Below, one piece after another: positions 60,485-64,000 of a stretch of 64,000 nucleotides of DNA (the stretch's first letter is position 1; the number at the start of each line of letters is the position of its first letter). The DNA lies in assembly GCA_976226885.1 (NCBI GenBank), contig OZ320313.1, positions 115,630,001-115,694,000 of the forward strand. The letters run 5' to 3'. The translations under genes were made by a program, and so were the position numbers. This DNA is from Iphione sp. A-MEVVRFRX5 (taxonomy: Eukaryota). The notes under the pieces were generated by a model. It did not search any database. It saw only the letters and a program-made list of their open reading frames with translations, and was not told where the DNA came from.

Positions 60485-63400
60485 GTTCCTCTTTTTTTTG
60501 GTGAGGTGCCTCTATGCTGGGTCTATCATGACGGAAATAATCTGTCCACGAACGGCAGGCCCTCTGGTCATAATATGGACCTCAGTAATGGCCATGGGTC
60601 GAAGACATGCAACCACTTGCTTTTTATTGGCTGAGAAACTCTCGATTTGTGCTCAATATCCGGCTGTGAAGCCAAGTCGAAAGATGCCGCCACATAGCAA
60701 GGCGGCCATCAAATGGAGCAGGCAATAACGACCGGTTCTCCTCAGGTCTGACTGAGTGGTCTTGACAAAGTGACGTATTCTTTGTGGTAATGGGGTATAT
60801 TACTGTTACAAACGTACTGTCTAAATTGAAAAACCTGTCTATTTTCCTGTATCTATGTGTGCTACCGAGTCGTATCATACTGCCTGAAGTAACAGGACAA
60901 TAACAGATATAAAGACACTTAAGATATGAACACCTATCTGCAAGTAAAATGCGGGATACACTGATGATTATACCCAATATATAAGCATACATTTACGCCT
61001 TTTTGTTAATTGGCATCGATGCTTCTTTCGTGTCAGATATGGTGCTGATTTACAACAAAAACTCATACCGACCATCCGTAAAACGGTTGAAATATAGTTA
61101 GACGCAACAAAGCAGCAAGTCGGCTTTGACACCTATTTACCGATACGGTTGTCAGTGCCACGTCGCCTCCCCGCTTGCCGAGTACAAAGCCAATCAGTGA
61201 CGATGAGGTGGCGCCCTCGGAGCCTACCAGCGCGCCAATCTAGTCTTCTAATTTTCTCATGTTGCGGTATTCAACCCGTGTAAACATTGGCCAATAATTG
61301 GCGCGATTACTATGAAGGGTCACGTCCATGATCAGCCTCCCTCAGTCGTGGGCGCCTATGTGACTTTGCCTGCACGTCCTACACCCACCCACCCACCACC
61401 TCCAAAATCACAGCCCACCTACCCAGCCCGGTGTTCAATGTGGAATCGCAACCCGTCCGGAGGCAAGAAAAATACATTGTGAGTCGCCATATGACTCGGA
61501 GGTGGCTTTTAAAGCTGGCATTTTATGGCTGTGACAAGCATAAGCACGAGCTGGCTGACTGAGATAAAACATCCAATAGACGGCAAGACCTTGTGTCTAA
61601 AGACGTTAACCCGGCGTTCGCCGGATTCCCTAAGCCTGTGAAGCATAGTCCTGCATTCTGGGGCAGGCGACCCGGCAGGTCAGCTCTTGCACATTGTTCC
61701 GCTACGGACCGGTGATTTGGGACCAGTTTTTCCCACCTGGCAATGATTCACTTCACCGTAATGTCAATATGTATGGGCGCTTCCGGTAGGGAAAATCATC
61801 TATTTTTTCAATTCGGTTTTATAAAGGAGATTCTAAGGATAGGGGCAAAAGATCATGTATACATATGTTCAAAAAAACTTTGAACGGAAAGCAATACGAA
61901 CGGATACCAACGACAATTAAAATGCGAGGGCGAGATTTTAAAATCTATCAAAGAAGTAGTTGCCTTTTTATGATACATTGCTCCAACCAATGTATATTGC
62001 TATCTTAGAGGTCCCTTTGTCACATTTTGTAAACCGACGATGCCTTGATAGCAATTGCATTGCTTGACGAGATTCTGAGTAAGGCAACTGACTGCTCAAG
62101 CCCCAGCGGGAGATAACCCGCGCCAATAACGGTCACACAGGTATGATCACTTTCTAGATGTGTCCAGACAAAGAATGGATTGTACGACTATACCTTTCCC
62201 CCAGGAGATGGTTGCAATCTACGAAAATCGGTTTATGTAGTCAGCCTGGTGAGACGACTAAAATTGCCCCTGACATGCCTCTGAGGAAAGGAAAAACGTA
62301 AATTAATTTCCATTGCTTCAGGATTCGACTCACGCTGTCGTCTACTAGAACGTGTGGGATAACTGTCTCTTAGGCAAATGGAGTTGAATTTAGGAATTAA
62401 AAGAAAGACTAAATAGTTTTATCCCACTGAAGAAGAATGAAGAAGATTTGGGTTCACCAGAGTTTCTAAGAGAAAGCCGAATTGAGACGAAAATCTTACT
62501 GCTTTATGAATTGGAAGTAGTTGATATTAAGTAGATTATGACTGAATCGAAATCACCGTATCTGGATGTTTCACGGCTAAGATTTGTAACTCGCTTAATA
62601 ATAGCAACGTCCTCGTGCACATAGGAGTAATATAGGAGAGACAGCTCCTTTGTCTCTCACGATTGATAAAACAGATTAGTGTTTTTTACATCTACTTGTC
62701 GGGGTAGTACTGATACCAAAAATCTCCGATTGGAATTCCATCCAATCTGGACTAAGGATTTAGGGCAACATCTACTTCGGAGAGATGTGCCCTTAGATAA
62801 CTCAGTTCATATTTGAGTGAAGGATATGGATGAGGACAGCAAGGTTAGATGGCGACAATGTGAGAAGAAATCTTGTCAAGCAAGAAAGTTCAACTGACTC
62901 TGCTACATACACAACGCAAAGAGAGGGACCATACGTAGATGGCATTTTCAATGGACGTTAGAATGCAGATGGCCTAGTGGTGCCTAGAGGTCCAAAACGA
63001 AACGCCGCTAACTGTGCAGATCAATCACTTCGTCGCCATGAACCGCACCAGACATTACTCATGAAAAAAGCTCCTTTCATCCTTCCTTCGGTTCCATTAC
63101 TTCAGAGACGAGGGGAGAGAACTCGAGCGCCAGCAAACACTGATGACGCTAGTCCATACACAGTAGACCTGCTCCGGCCTGCCGCCATGTTAACTGCTAC
63201 GGATAACTATAGGAACGGCTTGGTGCTGACGCCTCCCTAGCTCCTCTCCCTTTGCATCGGCCCTATGAATGATTTTTTAAAGCTTCACGCCAGCAATGAA
63301 TTACTTATGCTGATCATGGGCGATGAAGGGAGGAAGGGCAAATGCCAACCGAGGCAATTAGGAGTGCAGATTCTTGCCCGGCGGTCCCCCCAGTGATGAC

Positions 63401-64000
63401 ACAGCGATCAAGCCCGCTCTACGTTGGACCTGCCCTGAGTAAGTATCAAGCCCATCTCCAGTCCGCCCTCCGTTTACCACATGTATTCATCACTTTGCAT
63501 TAAGTTCCTGTCACCGATTGCATAATGACAGGCGATTACAAGTCTTGGAAGCAGAAACCAACTCTTGTTGTAGAGGCAGCCAGTCAAGACTAGCAGTGAG
63601 ACTGACCTTTGTCTGTGATGGGGAAAAAAAGGGTTCCTCTAGAAGTCTGAGATTGGATGCCGCGGTCCGGTTGACACTGTTGGCGACCGTAGAAAGCAAA
63701 TATTTTCAGTATAAGCTGGCAGCATCACTATTCCGCCCTTTTTATGTGACCCGCAAGGTGTTAAAATACCCCATCGATTTTGTAATGAAAGCGACCGAGT
63801 CCCGTAGCTAGGATTTCTTTTTCCACTCTCCTCTGTGTTGCCTTCGGAACGTAATGACGCTATCGATGAAACCAACAGTCTGCTCATGGGGAAAAATGTA
63901 TTGTTGATATTCGAGATGAACGAGCTATAGAAAGTTTCATGTCCAATTCCCAGCGGTGAAAAATGGTATGATAAACGGGGTCTGGCGGTAGGCCCTCCGC

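Noticed and set aside
60231-60728. 165-aa ORF with an LSLSLS hydrophobic run
   Set aside because: Artefact of the (CT)n microsatellite.
1-64000. Prokaryotic-type systems (operons, CRISPR arrays, defence islands)
   Set aside because: The window is intron-rich animal DNA with no repeat-spacer arrays or dense coding.

Overview
Animal genomic DNA with spliceosomal GT-AG introns; the gene families suggest a lophotrochozoan invertebrate (inference). Most entries in the ORF track are chance ORFs. Two real genes lie on the minus strand. (1) A complete 11-coding-exon mitochondrial-clan cytochrome P450 of the CYP10 type (28416..14809, 536 aa), reconstructed by hand with consistent phases at every junction. 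(2) The 3' part of a cation-type nicotinic acetylcholine receptor alpha subunit (54865..47814); its 5' exons were not found and probably lie beyond the window. The strongest finding is a tandem pair of homologous 110-nt loop-A exons in the nAChR gene (54756-54865 and 54286-54395) with identical phases, the signature of mutually exclusive splicing. Copy B changes the loop A residues equivalent to Y93 (to F) and D89 (to E), and a possible decayed third copy lies at about 53720-53829. Also present: a full-length but dead, strongly CpG-depleted pogo/Tigger transposon about 165 nt upstream of exon A, several degraded LINE fragments, a MITE fragment, microsatellites, a six-site GATA cluster and a long hairpin in CYP10 introns, and several unexplained GC/CpG-rich non-coding islands.
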